Below are positions 17,907 through 27,898 of a DNA stretch of 64,000 bases, one piece after another (the first letter of the stretch is position 1; each line of letters begins with the position of its first letter). The notes beneath the pieces were generated by a model. It was not told the DNA's origin, searched no databases, and saw only the letters and a list, made by a program, of their open reading frames with translations. The position numbers were made by a program, and so were the translations under genes. Source of the stretch: Limnothrix sp. BL-A-16 (GTDB taxonomy: Bacteria > Cyanobacteriota > Cyanobacteriia > CACIAM-69d); the NCBI GenBank assembly GCA_041937175.2, contig CP166615.1, positions 4,032,001-4,096,000 of the forward strand, written 5' to 3'.

Positions 17907-20318
17907 CTAGTCGTCGTCGAACTCGTCGAGGGGCGCTTCCAAATCGTCTGGCTCATGGAGATCCACAAGATCCGATTCTTCCGGCTCCTCAGCCCCGTAG
18001 CCAAAGGTCAGATCCGAATCATCGGTGTCGTCCTCATCGTCCACCAGCGCATCAAAGTTGGACTCGGCCCCGCCACTGACGGCCACCAAATCAATTTGCT
18101 GGCGGTAGTAGTCCACGCCGCGCACTTCCACTTCCACACGGCCCCCGAGGGCATATTGGCGGCGGCTCTTGCGACCAATCAACATTTGCTGGCGCGATCG
18201 ATACTCGTACCAGTCGTCCTTGAGGGAGGACACATGCACCAGCCCTTCAATGCCCAAGGCCTCTAGCTCCACAAAGAAGCCGTAGGACTGCACTCCCACG
18301 ATCGGGCCGCTGAAGGTTTCGCCAATCCGGGCCCGCATGGCGGCGGTTTTGCGGAGGCCGTGGCTGTCGGCGGCGGCTTCTTGGATCAAGCGTTCCCGAT
18401 CGCTTAGCAGCCAGGCCGCGCTGGTGATCGAGGCTTCCAACTCCTGTTGATCTTCCGTGGGCAACAGATTCCAGCCGATCGCCCCATGGCAAGAACTGTG
18501 GTGCAAATTCACGCCTTCTTTGCTGCGGGCCGTGCGTCGATCGCGTCCCTTGGCAAAGAGGGTGTTCAAGCTCCGTTGCACCAACAGGTCTCCGTAATGG
18601 CGGGTGGGTGCATTCAGGGTGGTGTAAACCGGCAGGGCCAAACCAAAGTGGGAGCGGGGTTCGTGGCTGTAGGCGGCTGGCTTCAGAGCTTCCACCAACA
18701 GACGATTCAGGATTTTGCGGGTGTCGCTGTCGGTGGCCTGTTGCAGCCACTGCTGCACATCGTGGGGGGTCACCTGATCTGGCTGCTCCAGGGTCAGCTC
18801 CAAGCCCAGGTTGCCGGCCAACCGCAAGGTTTCCTGCACATCCCCGGGACTGGGGGCCGCTTGCACTCGATAGAGCGTGGGCACTTGCAGGGCTTGCAGA
18901 TGGCTGGCGACCACGGCATTGGCGGCGATCGTCACTTCCGCTAACAGGACACGGGCCGTGGGGGCAATCCCGATCGGGGCGATCGGCGCACCGGGCACAT
19001 CCTCGCGATCGAACGAGGTCAGCCCTCGGTAACCGCTCAGATCAAACCCACCTCGGCTGAGCCGCTGGCCCCGCAGGGCTGCCGCCAGGGTTTTCAGTTG
19101 GGTTAACAAATCCCCGATCGCGGGGGCTTGGGGCAACTCCGGATCCGCCTGGTTGCCGTCCAAGAACGCATCGAGCTGTGCTTCCGTTAGGGTGGCATCG
19201 GCCCGCACCACGCTGGGATGAATTTCAAACTCCAGTAATTCACCCTGATCATTAAAGGTCAGCAGCACGGAAGTGGCCAGGCGATCGCACCCTAGACCTA
19301 AGGAACCATGGCGCGCGTAAAGATCCGCCGGGAACAGCGGCAACCATTGGGCCCCCAAGTCGGCCGCCACACCCCGCCGCCGGGCTTCGCGATCGAGCGG
19401 TGAATCCGGTTCCACATAGTGAGCCACATCGGGCACATGCAGCCCCAACCGCATATGGCCCGCCGGGTTGGTTTCCAGGGTAATGGCGCGATCGATCACC
19501 GGGGGCAACTCTCCGGCCGTGGCGGTCACCGTTGCCACCGTCAGCAGCGATCGTAAATCCAACCGTCCTTGAATTTCGCTCGCCTTCAAGCTGTCCACCG
19601 GAGCCGGTAACGCTGCGGCCGCCGCCAAAACTTCCTCCGGGAAGCTTTCATGTAGCCCATATTTACAGACCACAATGTCCGCCGGAGCCGCCGCGTCCGC
19701 ATCGGCTCCCAACACCTTGATCACGCGGCCCAAGGGCGGCAACTGCCCGATCGGATAACGGACAATCTCCACGCTCACCAGGTAGTTGACGATCGCGTCC
19801 AAGTCCACCCCGCTGGTGTCCAGTTCCACTCGGAACAGCAATCGATCGTCCAACGGAGCCGCCCGAAAAATGCCGTCCTCCCCCTTTTCCACCCGGGCCA
19901 ACAGAGACGAATTCGCCCGATCGAGCACCAACTCCACATGACCTTCAGGACTGCGCCGCCGACTGCGACCGCCGCCCTCTTTGATCACCTTCACCAACAC
20001 TCGATCGCCATTCCAGGCATGATTCAGGTGACATTCCCGCACATAGACATCTTCCGCGTCGTCGTCATCCTGAATGGCAAAGCAAAACCCCTTGCTAGAG
20101 CAACGCAGCTTGGCCTCAAACATGCCCTCCTGTTCCAACCGGCGATAGCGACCGCGCTCCTTATTCAAAATCCCCAACTTTTCCAGTGCGTCCAGGGCAA
20201 TCTGAAGCTGGCGATTGCCGCGTCCTTCGCGAGTGCCCAACTTTTGTTCAAGAACCTTTGGCGTGAGCGACTTTTCTGAGGTAAAGCTCGCGAGTAGGGA
20301 AGCGATCGAAAATTCCAT
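17907..20318 (-). CDS. RNase R/II family protein with degenerate RNB active site (Zam-like)
   Basis: Cold-shock domains (SKGFCFA), RNB region (HFGLAL), S1 (GLVHVSSL), acidic tail. Confidence 0.88.
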   Translation of the reverse strand: MEFSIASLLASFTSEKSLTPKVLEQKLGTREGRGNRQLQIALDALEKLGILNKERGRYRRLEQEGMFEAKLRCSSKGFCFAIQDDDDAEDVYVRECHLNHAWNGDRVLVKVIKEGGGRSRRRSPEGHVELVLDRANSSLLARVEKGEDGIFRAAPLDDRLLFRVELDTSGVDLDAIVNYLVSVEIVRYPIGQLPPLGRVIKVLGADADAAAPADIVVCKYGLHESFPEEVLAAAAALPAPVDSLKASEIQGRLDLRSLLTVATVTATAGELPPVIDRAITLETNPAGHMRLGLHVPDVAHYVEPDSPLDREARRRGVAADLGAQWLPLFPADLYARHGSLGLGCDRLATSVLLTFNDQGELLEFEIHPSVVRADATLTEAQLDAFLDGNQADPELPQAPAIGDLLTQLKTLAAALRGQRLSRGGFDLSGYRGLTSFDREDVPGAPIAPIGIAPTARVLLAEVTIAANAVVASHLQALQVPTLYRVQAAPSPGDVQETLRLAGNLGLELTLEQPDQVTPHDVQQWLQQATDSDTRKILNRLLVEALKPAAYSHEPRSHFGLALPVYTTLNAPTRHYGDLLVQRSLNTLFAKGRDRRTARSKEGVNLHHSSCHGAIGWNLLPTEDQQELEASITSAAWLLSDRERLIQEAAADSHGLRKTAAMRARIGETFSGPIVGVQSYGFFVELEALGIEGLVHVSSLKDDWYEYRSRQQMLIGRKSRRQYALGGRVEVEVRGVDYYRQQIDLVAVSGGAESNFDALVDDEDDTDDSDLTFGYGAEEPEESDLVDLHEPDDLEAPLDEFDDD

Positions 20319-20809
20319 GAAGCGCGTCAACCTCCGGGCACAGAGAATGGGATGGGGCGAATGAGGCGCGAGCGACAGCCATCACAGTGCTGCGAACAGC
20401 ATTGTTGAATGCCATGAACATTAACCGTACTGACGACGATCCCTATGCCTCTGGAGCGTTGCTGGTCGGGGCCCGTCGCATCGATCGGGCGGGAAATCCA
20501 CAAGCGTCACTCGAGCTAGGGCCGGAAGGGTTCCGCATTGGGTGCTGCAAGATCTTGAACCGGCAAGATCGAAGTTGCAGCGCTGTGGCATTGGGAGGGG
20601 GTGGTCGATGGGAACCCTCGTCCAAAGACACTCCAAACACCAAATCAATGCAGGAACACACTGGAGGGAGCGGCTGCGCTCGGGCCCATCTACGCTAGAG
20701 CGTGGCGTGCACCTTGTCAATCATTGACATGCGGGTTACCCTAGCCGCACGATCGCCGCCATCCCCCCGTTTGCCCAGCCTGCCCACCTAACCGAGATCG
20801 GTTTGTGCC

Positions 20810-21604
20810 ATGTTTGCCGAATTCCGTGCCCGTTATCCCAACGGCAGCCTCACATCCGAAATCATTGAAGTGAACCAGGGAAAATTTATTGTGCGGGCAG
20901 CCGTCACCCTGGAAGGCACGGTGTTGGCCACGGGGTTTGGCGCTTCGGAGCAACTGGAGGAAGCCGAAGATCGGGCCCGGTTGCGGGCCCTGGAAGCGGT
21001 GGGTTTGTTTTTGGAGCCGGCCGATCGGGGGCAGGCCCAACTGATCAGCAGCGCCCCCACTTACCAGCTTCCGGCCGCCTTGTCCGTGGTGACCCCAATT
21101 TCGACCCCGATTCCGGCTCCCCTGGCCGCGCCGATGGTTGATGTGGTGGGTGACCGATTTGATGATCGATCGCCCGATCGATTTGACGGCCGATCGGGGG
21201 TTGATCCAACCCTGGAATCCACATCGCCCGGCTATGAGGATCTCTACGAAGTCGAGCATGGGGAGAGCGACCCCTTGCCCACCATGGAACCAGAATGGCC
21301 CCCAGAGCCGGAGCCAGAGCCAGCCCCGGCTCCCGCCCCCAAGCGATCGCGCCGCGCCGCCAGCCCACCTGCGCCCACCCCTACCCCTGTGCCCACACCG
21401 GCCCCCGCGCCCGCGCCCACGGACTTATCCGATGCGATCGCCCAAACAGACGTGCTGATGAAGCGTTTGGGCTGGAACAAGCAACAGGGCGTGGAATATT
21501 TACAGATGGCCTTTGGTAAGCGCACCCGGGCCCAACTGACCGATCGGGAACTGTTGCAGTTTTTGCAGCACCTGCAAACCCTGGCCGACGACCCGGACTT
21601 TTAG
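20810..21604 (+). CDS. Conserved hypothetical protein with Pro-rich linker
   Basis: Long ORF with two compact domains separated by a Pro-rich linker. Confidence 0.75.
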   Translation: MFAEFRARYPNGSLTSEIIEVNQGKFIVRAAVTLEGTVLATGFGASEQLEEAEDRARLRALEAVGLFLEPADRGQAQLISSAPTYQLPAALSVVTPISTPIPAPLAAPMVDVVGDRFDDRSPDRFDGRSGVDPTLESTSPGYEDLYEVEHGESDPLPTMEPEWPPEPEPEPAPAPAPKRSRRAASPPAPTPTPVPTPAPAPAPTDLSDAIAQTDVLMKRLGWNKQQGVEYLQMAFGKRTRAQLTDRELLQFLQHLQTLADDPDF

Positions 21605-21676
21605 CGCCCGACTGGCCGGGCTTGGGGCCGAAAGGCCATGAGCTATAACCAGGAAACTGGCGAGACATCAACAACG

Positions 21677-21712
21677 CCATGACCCAGCAACCATGACCCA
21701 GCAACCATGACC
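21677..21712 (+). repeat. 14-bp tandem repeat CCATGACCCAGCAA x2.5
   Basis: Directly visible, overlapping the start of the next gene. Confidence 0.8.
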
Positions 21713-23383
21713 GATCGAGCAATGCGAGCACCACGTTGGTTGGTTTGGGGATCGATTGGGCTAATCACCATTGGCTGCCTGCTGCGATTTTCCGGTCTAG
21801 GCCATTTCCTGCCTTGGTATGACGAACTGGCGACATTGCAGCACATCGCCGTTCAATCGGAATCGGATCTCACCCAACTGTGGCAGGGGCGCGAACAGGT
21901 TTTGGCTGACCTATGGCACAGCCTATCGACAAAACCCCAAAAGACCACCTGGGATATGGTCACATCCCTCGCCACCCATGATGCCCATCACCCGCCCCTG
22001 TATTACCTGTTTGTTCGCGTCTGGGCCGACTGGTTTGGCAACACGATCGTCAGCCTCCGCACCGCCACGGCGATCATGGGGGTGATCCTGCTGGCCAGTG
22101 TTTTTTGGCTCCTGCGGCAACTGAGCCAGCGTCCCAGCCTGCCTTGGGTGGGCACGGTGCTGGTGGCCCTGTCACCCTTGCAAATTCTCTATGCCCAAGA
22201 GGCGAGGGAATATGTGATCTGGCTGATTTTTTTTGTGCTGTCCAGCGGATTGTTGGCCCGATCGCTGCGTCATTCCTCTTGGCCTCACTGGTTGCTGTAT
22301 GGGATTACCCTCACCCTGAATTGGTATAGCCATTTGCTGGGGGGATGCGTGCTGCTGGGCCATGGCCTTTGGGTTGGGGTGTGGGTGTGGCGATCGGGCG
22401 ATCGAAACTGGCGACGGGCAATCCCTTGGGCGATCGCGGCGAGTGGAACCCTGCTGGCCATTTCCCCTTGGATTTGGGTGCTTTACCGGGCCCAAACCCA
22501 ATCGATCGCCTCCCTGGCCTGGCTCAACCAGGCGGGGCCCCCAGGAATTCACCGTTGGGCGGCCCTGCGGGCCTTTGCCGCCACCCTGTGGGATAACCAA
22601 CCGAATCTTTGGGCTTCCTTTCCAACGGCGACCGATGTTCCCTGCCTGATGGTGACCCTGTGGATGATCGTGGCCTTGGTGGGATGTTGGCGATCGGGAG
22701 AACCCTTGCTCAAGGGGTTTGTTCTCAGTGCAGTGGCCCCGTTCCTCGTGCTGGTCTGGCTGCCTGCGATTGTGATGGATCGAACGATGGCTTCCATCAT
22801 TCGCTACCAGTTCCCCTTGCTCTTGGGAATGCAAGTGGTGTTGGCCAACTGGATTGTCACGACCTGCGAGCAAATGACCCCGAAGCCCGTCCAAGAATGG
22901 CCCCAGCCCCTATCGTTCTATCTATTCCGCTGGCGCTGGATGCCCCACTGTTTTGCGGCGCTGTTGGCGATTTTGCTGCTGGTTGCGAACCTGAACGCCG
23001 CCAGAGCACGCTCCTGGCAATTGTCCTGGTGGAGCAAGGGGGGAACCGTTTCTGTTGAAATTGCCAAAGCCCTGAAGGAAATTGATCGCCCCCTATTGGT
23101 GATGACCGATATCCCTGGGTATTCCCTCTCCGCTTTGGCCTTGAGCCACGCCAGCGATCGCTTGAAATCTCGCGGCGTTACCGTTTGGCTGGCTCCCAGT
23201 TTCCAAGGCCTGAACTGGCCCGATCGCCCCAATACCTTTGTGTTTAGTCCATCCCCCGATCTCCGCCAGGCGATCGAGCAGCGGGGTCAGCGGTTGATTC
23301 CCTTCGGAACTAGTTGGTGGAATTTGTGGCGATTGCAGTCCTCAACCCCCGATCGCCCCGCGCCCGATCGTCCCTCAACTTAG
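21707..23383 (+). CDS. GT-C fold (family 39/PMT-like) membrane glycosyltransferase, copy 1
   Basis: WYDE, HPPLYY and YAQEAREY motifs; many TM helices. Confidence 0.88.
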   Translation: MTDRAMRAPRWLVWGSIGLITIGCLLRFSGLGHFLPWYDELATLQHIAVQSESDLTQLWQGREQVLADLWHSLSTKPQKTTWDMVTSLATHDAHHPPLYYLFVRVWADWFGNTIVSLRTATAIMGVILLASVFWLLRQLSQRPSLPWVGTVLVALSPLQILYAQEAREYVIWLIFFVLSSGLLARSLRHSSWPHWLLYGITLTLNWYSHLLGGCVLLGHGLWVGVWVWRSGDRNWRRAIPWAIAASGTLLAISPWIWVLYRAQTQSIASLAWLNQAGPPGIHRWAALRAFAATLWDNQPNLWASFPTATDVPCLMVTLWMIVALVGCWRSGEPLLKGFVLSAVAPFLVLVWLPAIVMDRTMASIIRYQFPLLLGMQVVLANWIVTTCEQMTPKPVQEWPQPLSFYLFRWRWMPHCFAALLAILLLVANLNAARARSWQLSWWSKGGTVSVEIAKALKEIDRPLLVMTDIPGYSLSALALSHASDRLKSRGVTVWLAPSFQGLNWPDRPNTFVFSPSPDLRQAIEQRGQRLIPFGTSWWNLWRLQSSTPDRPAPDRPST

Positions 23384-23513
23384 CCACCGTCGATCGCTTT
23401 TCTAGAGTGAACAACGCGGATTTCTTGTGCAGATTTTTCGCACTGAACTGGCGCGAATTGGGCCCACGAAACATGGACTATAACCAGAAAAATGGCGAAA
23501 AATTGACAAAAAC

Positions 23514-25199
23514 ATGGCTGATCCAAACGCACGAGCACCACGCTGGCTAGTTTGGGGGTCGATCGGGCTAATCACCATTGGTTGCTTGCTGCGATTTTCC
23601 GATTTAGGACAGTTCCTCCCTTGGTACGACGAATTCTCGACCCTGCGGCATATTGCGAACCAGACGGATCCTGAACTCATTCAACAATGGGGAGGCCGCG
23701 AGCAGGTGATGGCCGATCTCTGGCGCAGTCTTGCTGCAAAACCGGGCAAAACAGCTTGGGATACGGTTCAGTCTTTGGCTTCTGCCAATGCCCATCACCC
23801 ACCCCTCTATTACTTGCTAGCCCGAGGTTGGGCCCACTGGTTTGGGAACAACATTGTCAGCCTCCGCATGGTGACGGCTCTGATGGGGGTTGCGCTGTTG
23901 CCCAGTGTGTTTTGGCTCTTACGCCAATTGAGCGATCGCCCCAGTTTGCCTTGGATTGGCACGGTGTTGGTGGCCCTGTCACCGCTACAAATTCTCTATG
24001 CCCAAGAGGCGCGAGAATATGCCATTTGGCTAGTTTTTGTGGTGCTTTCCAGTGGATTTTTAGCCCGATCGCTACGCAACTCTGCGCAAAATTCTGTGCA
24101 AAAGTCCACTGGAGTTCACTGGTTGCTGTATGGCATCACCCTGACCCTCAATTGGTACAGCCACTTGCTTGGGGGGTTGGTGTTGCTGGGCCATGGCCTT
24201 TGGGTTGGGGTTTGGTGGTGGCGATCGGGCGATCGGCACTGGCGACGGGTTATCCCTTGGGCGATCGCGGTGAGTGGAACCCTGTTGGCCATGTCCCCTT
24301 GGCTATGGACACTTTTTCAAGTGCGAGAGGGGGCTGTGATATCTCTGGAGTGGTTGAATCAAACCTACCAACCCGGGATGCAGCGTTGGTCGGCCATGCG
24401 TGCGTTTGCGGCCACCCTGTGGGATAACCAGCCGAATATTTGGATCCCAGCTTCCAGGGTTGTGGATTCAATTCGACTAGGGGTCTTGGTGTTATCTGTG
24501 GGGGCGCTGGTGCATTGTGGGCGATCGAGCGAACCAATGGTTAAGCGATTTGTCTTTAGTACCATTGCCCCGTTTTTCCTGTTGCTTTGGTTGCCAGCCA
24601 TCGTGATGGATCGCGCCATGGCCACCATCATTCGCTATCAATTGCCGCTGATCATTGGTGTTCAAGTGGCCCTAGCCGATGGGATTGCCGCGCTTTGCGA
24701 CCAGCTCCCCCCCAAGCCTGGTCAGGAATTGCCCCAACCTCTGTGGTTCTATCTCTGCCGTTGGCGTTGGATGCCTCAACTGTTTGCGAGTAGCTTGGCG
24801 ATTTTGTTGGTCGTGGCTAACTTGAATGCGGCAAAGGTTCGCTCCTCGCAATTAACCTGGTGGAGCAAGGGTGGGCCAGGCTGGGTGGAAGTTGCCAAGG
24901 CCTTGAAAGAGGTCGATCGCCCGTTAATCGTGATGACAGCGGTTCCTGGCTATTCTTCCTCGGCCCTGTCTTTGAGTTATGCCAGCGATCGCCTGAAGGC
25001 TCGTAACATCAGCTTTTGGTTAGCTCCCAGCATTCAAAACTTGAACTGGCCCGAGCGTTCCAATACCTTTGTGCTCGTTCCCGGCAAGAAACTGCCCAAA
25101 GCGATCGAGCAGCGGGGTCAACGGTTGGTTCCCTTTGGGGCCAGTTGGTGGAATTTGTGGCGTTTGGAATCCGCAACCCCCGATCGCCCCTCAACTTAG
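23514..25199 (+). CDS. GT-C fold (family 39/PMT-like) membrane glycosyltransferase, copy 2
   Basis: Tandem paralog with the same motifs. Confidence 0.88.
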   Translation: MADPNARAPRWLVWGSIGLITIGCLLRFSDLGQFLPWYDEFSTLRHIANQTDPELIQQWGGREQVMADLWRSLAAKPGKTAWDTVQSLASANAHHPPLYYLLARGWAHWFGNNIVSLRMVTALMGVALLPSVFWLLRQLSDRPSLPWIGTVLVALSPLQILYAQEAREYAIWLVFVVLSSGFLARSLRNSAQNSVQKSTGVHWLLYGITLTLNWYSHLLGGLVLLGHGLWVGVWWWRSGDRHWRRVIPWAIAVSGTLLAMSPWLWTLFQVREGAVISLEWLNQTYQPGMQRWSAMRAFAATLWDNQPNIWIPASRVVDSIRLGVLVLSVGALVHCGRSSEPMVKRFVFSTIAPFFLLLWLPAIVMDRAMATIIRYQLPLIIGVQVALADGIAALCDQLPPKPGQELPQPLWFYLCRWRWMPQLFASSLAILLVVANLNAAKVRSSQLTWWSKGGPGWVEVAKALKEVDRPLIVMTAVPGYSSSALSLSYASDRLKARNISFWLAPSIQNLNWPERSNTFVLVPGKKLPKAIEQRGQRLVPFGASWWNLWRLESATPDRPST

Positions 25200-25241
25200 C
25201 CACTGGCCACCGCTGATCGCTTTAATCGCTTGGATTGTTGT

Positions 25242-25278
25242 GCTGGGTTTGCTGGATTTGCTGGATTTGCTGGATTTG
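25242..25278 (+). repeat. 9-bp tandem repeat GCTGGATTT x4
   Basis: Directly visible in intergenic DNA. Confidence 0.8.
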
Positions 25279-25321
25279 TCTATTTCAACCTGTTCAAACC
25301 GGCCAAGCCGGCTTCGGAACC

Positions 25322-25822
25322 ATGGATCAATCAGGGATGCCCGTTACCGCTTCGATCGAGTCGTCACCATCGGCCCCTAGGCTCGATCGAGCCATTGATC
25401 GAACTATTGATCAAGCCATTGACGGTGAAATTGTGACCGTTCGCCCCGATGCGGAAACTCTCACGCGCCAGCGATTGCCCTACTTTGTGGGCATTTCAGA
25501 AGCCACCGCAGGATCCAAGGGCATTTCCCTGAATCTGGTGATTATTCCGCCCGGGGGCGCGGCGGAACCCCACTTCCATCGGGACTATGAAACAGCGATT
25601 TATCTGCTCCAAGGACGGGTTGAAACCCGCTATGGCAAAGGGCTGAAACAATCGATCATCCATGAGGCGGGTGACTTTATTTTCATTCCCGCTGGCGTTC
25701 CCCACCAGCCCCACAACCTCAGCACCAGCGAGCCGGCCCAAGCGTTGGTGGCCCGCAATGACCCCAACGAACAGGAAAATGTGGTGCTCTATGACCCGGC
25801 GGCGGATCAGGATACGGATTAA
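25322..25822 (+). CDS. Cupin domain protein
   Basis: PHFHRDYETAIY and GDFIFIPAGVPHQP cupin motifs. Confidence 0.88.
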   Translation: MDQSGMPVTASIESSPSAPRLDRAIDRTIDQAIDGEIVTVRPDAETLTRQRLPYFVGISEATAGSKGISLNLVIIPPGGAAEPHFHRDYETAIYLLQGRVETRYGKGLKQSIIHEAGDFIFIPAGVPHQPHNLSTSEPAQALVARNDPNEQENVVLYDPAADQDTD

Positions 25823-25943
25823 TTGGAGTTAATTGGAGCCGCCGCCTGTGGAATTCGGAAACCGTTGTTTAACCCAAACAGGTACAGTAGAAGCCAGTGT
25901 TACAAAGCTGTTACAGGCTGGGCAATTCACAGGCAAGAAAACA

Positions 25944-26795
25944 ATGGGCGCGGCGGTTTCCCTCCACAACGTACAAAAAATCTATGGCGATCGCCCCGTG
26001 GTGAAGGATCTCAGCTTCGAGATCCAAGCGGGAGAAATGTTTGGGCTGCTGGGCCCCAACGGCGCGGGCAAGTCCACCACCATTCGGATGATCACCACCC
26101 TCACTCGCCCCACCGCTGGACAAATTCAGGTGGCTGGGTTTGATGTGGCTCGCCAAATGCAAGAGGTGCGGCAACAAATTGGCGTGGTGTTGCAACAAAC
26201 CAGCGTGGATGGCGATTTAACCGTTTGGGAAAATTTGGAATTCCACGGCCGGTTGCACCATATTCCCGCCAAAGAACGCCAAGGGCGGATCGATCGCTGG
26301 TTGGACTATGTGGAACTGGGCGATCGCCGCGATAGTCTCGTGAAAACCCTGTCGGGCGGGATGAAGCGTCGGTTGCAAATTGCCCGGGCCCTGTTGCATG
26401 AGCCGGAAATTTTATTTTTGGATGAGCCAACGGTGGGGTTGGATCCGCAAACGCGCCGCCGCCTGTGGGAAATTATTCGCGACCTGAATCGCGGCGGCAT
26501 GACCATGCTGCTGACGACGCACTACATGGACGAAGTGGAATATTTGTGCGATCGAATCGGCATCATGGACGCGGGCCAACTGATTGAGTTGGGAACGCTC
26601 CAAGATTTTCGCACCAAGCATGGGGAAGGATTGGTCATGAAACAAACGGCCGATCGCTGGGATTACAAATTCTTCCCCACCCTTTTGGAAGCGAATCAAT
26701 ACTTAGATTCCCAGGCGGTGAAAACCGGGTTGATGGTGCGTCCATCGAACCTAGAGGATATCTTTGTGGAGCTGACAGGCCGCCAACTGGATTAA
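25944..26795 (+). CDS. ABC-2 type transporter ATP-binding protein
   Basis: Walker A GPNGAGKST, signature LSGGM, Walker B LFLDEPT. Confidence 0.93.
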   Translation: MGAAVSLHNVQKIYGDRPVVKDLSFEIQAGEMFGLLGPNGAGKSTTIRMITTLTRPTAGQIQVAGFDVARQMQEVRQQIGVVLQQTSVDGDLTVWENLEFHGRLHHIPAKERQGRIDRWLDYVELGDRRDSLVKTLSGGMKRRLQIARALLHEPEILFLDEPTVGLDPQTRRRLWEIIRDLNRGGMTMLLTTHYMDEVEYLCDRIGIMDAGQLIELGTLQDFRTKHGEGLVMKQTADRWDYKFFPTLLEANQYLDSQAVKTGLMVRPSNLEDIFVELTGRQLD

Positions 26796-26811
26796 CTGGG
26801 GGCAACCGCCC

Positions 26812-27675
26812 ATGGAAATTGATCAAACCACTCACCAGACTTTCGGTTCCAAAGCATCGCCCTGGAAAATCCTGGCTCAATATGTGCTTTTAGGGGCGAT
26901 CGCCCTGGTGATGTTGTTGCCCCTGCTCTGGCTGATGGGCACATCGTTGAAGTCGCCCACGGAAGATATTTTTTCCTTTCCGCCTCGGCTGATTCCCGCC
27001 GCGCCGACCTTAGAAAATTTTGTCAAAGCCTGGACGAGTGCCCCCTTTGCGCAATATTTGCTCAACAGCACGCTGGTGGCAGGGTTAACCGTGGCGTTGA
27101 ACTTATTGATCTGTTCCTTGGCGGCCTATCCCTTGGCGCGGTTGTCGTTTAAGGGGCGGGAATGGATTTTTAGCGCGATCGTGGCCACCATCGCCATTCC
27201 CTTCCAAATTGTGATGATTCCGCTCTATATTTTGGCGGTGAATTTAGGGCTGCGAAATAGTTTTATTGGCTTAATTTTCCCGGCGATCGCCTCGGCCTTT
27301 GGCATTTTTTTGATGCGCCAGGCCTTCATGGGTGTGCCGAAGGATTTGGAAGAAGCGGCCCGGATTGATGGCTGTTCTGAGTTGGGAATTTGGTGGCATG
27401 TGATGTTGCCATCGGTGCGGCCGGCGCTGATTACCCTGGCAATTTTTGTGTTTATTGGGGCTTGGAGCGATTTTCTCTGGCCGCTGCTAATTTTGGATGA
27501 CCCGAATTACTACACATTGCCGCTGGGGGTGGCGCGGCTGTCGGGCACGTTTTCCCTCGATTGGCGCTTAATTGCGGCGGGTTCGGTCATTTCGATCGCC
27601 CCAATTTTGGCTTTCTTTGTGGTGATGCAAAACTACATTGTGCCCAGCGAAACGGGCAGTGGCGTGAAGGGTTAG
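26812..27675 (+). CDS. Carbohydrate ABC transporter permease (MalG/LacG type)
   Basis: EAA loop LEEAARIDG; six TM helices. Confidence 0.92.
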   Translation: MEIDQTTHQTFGSKASPWKILAQYVLLGAIALVMLLPLLWLMGTSLKSPTEDIFSFPPRLIPAAPTLENFVKAWTSAPFAQYLLNSTLVAGLTVALNLLICSLAAYPLARLSFKGREWIFSAIVATIAIPFQIVMIPLYILAVNLGLRNSFIGLIFPAIASAFGIFLMRQAFMGVPKDLEEAARIDGCSELGIWWHVMLPSVRPALITLAIFVFIGAWSDFLWPLLILDDPNYYTLPLGVARLSGTFSLDWRLIAAGSVISIAPILAFFVVMQNYIVPSETGSGVKG

Positions 27676-27898
27676 TCAACGGTTAGGGCGGTTGCCCTGG
27701 GTTTAGTCCATGCCGCAAGGGATGATTTCACCCGTTTTTGAGCGATCGCCCGTTTCAACGGAACGGTACAGTTGAGACGGTTTGGAATTTTGGTGTCCTG
27801 GGGGTTGGCATGGGGTTGATCGCCCGATCGCCCAGCTTTTGCCCGGGTCGCTGCCCAACCGCAAGCCTCAACTTAGCCGTCCGGCAAATTTTTTAGCA

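Noticed and set aside
20330..20740. Riboswitch or small ORFs upstream of the RNase R-like gene
   Set aside because: No riboswitch consensus or convincing RBS/ORF recognised by eye; a covariance-model search would be needed.
25235..25321. Cys/Trp-rich N-terminal extension (CWICWICWIC) of the cupin
   Set aside because: It is the translation of the 9-bp intergenic repeat; the ATG at 25322 or a later one is the more plausible start.
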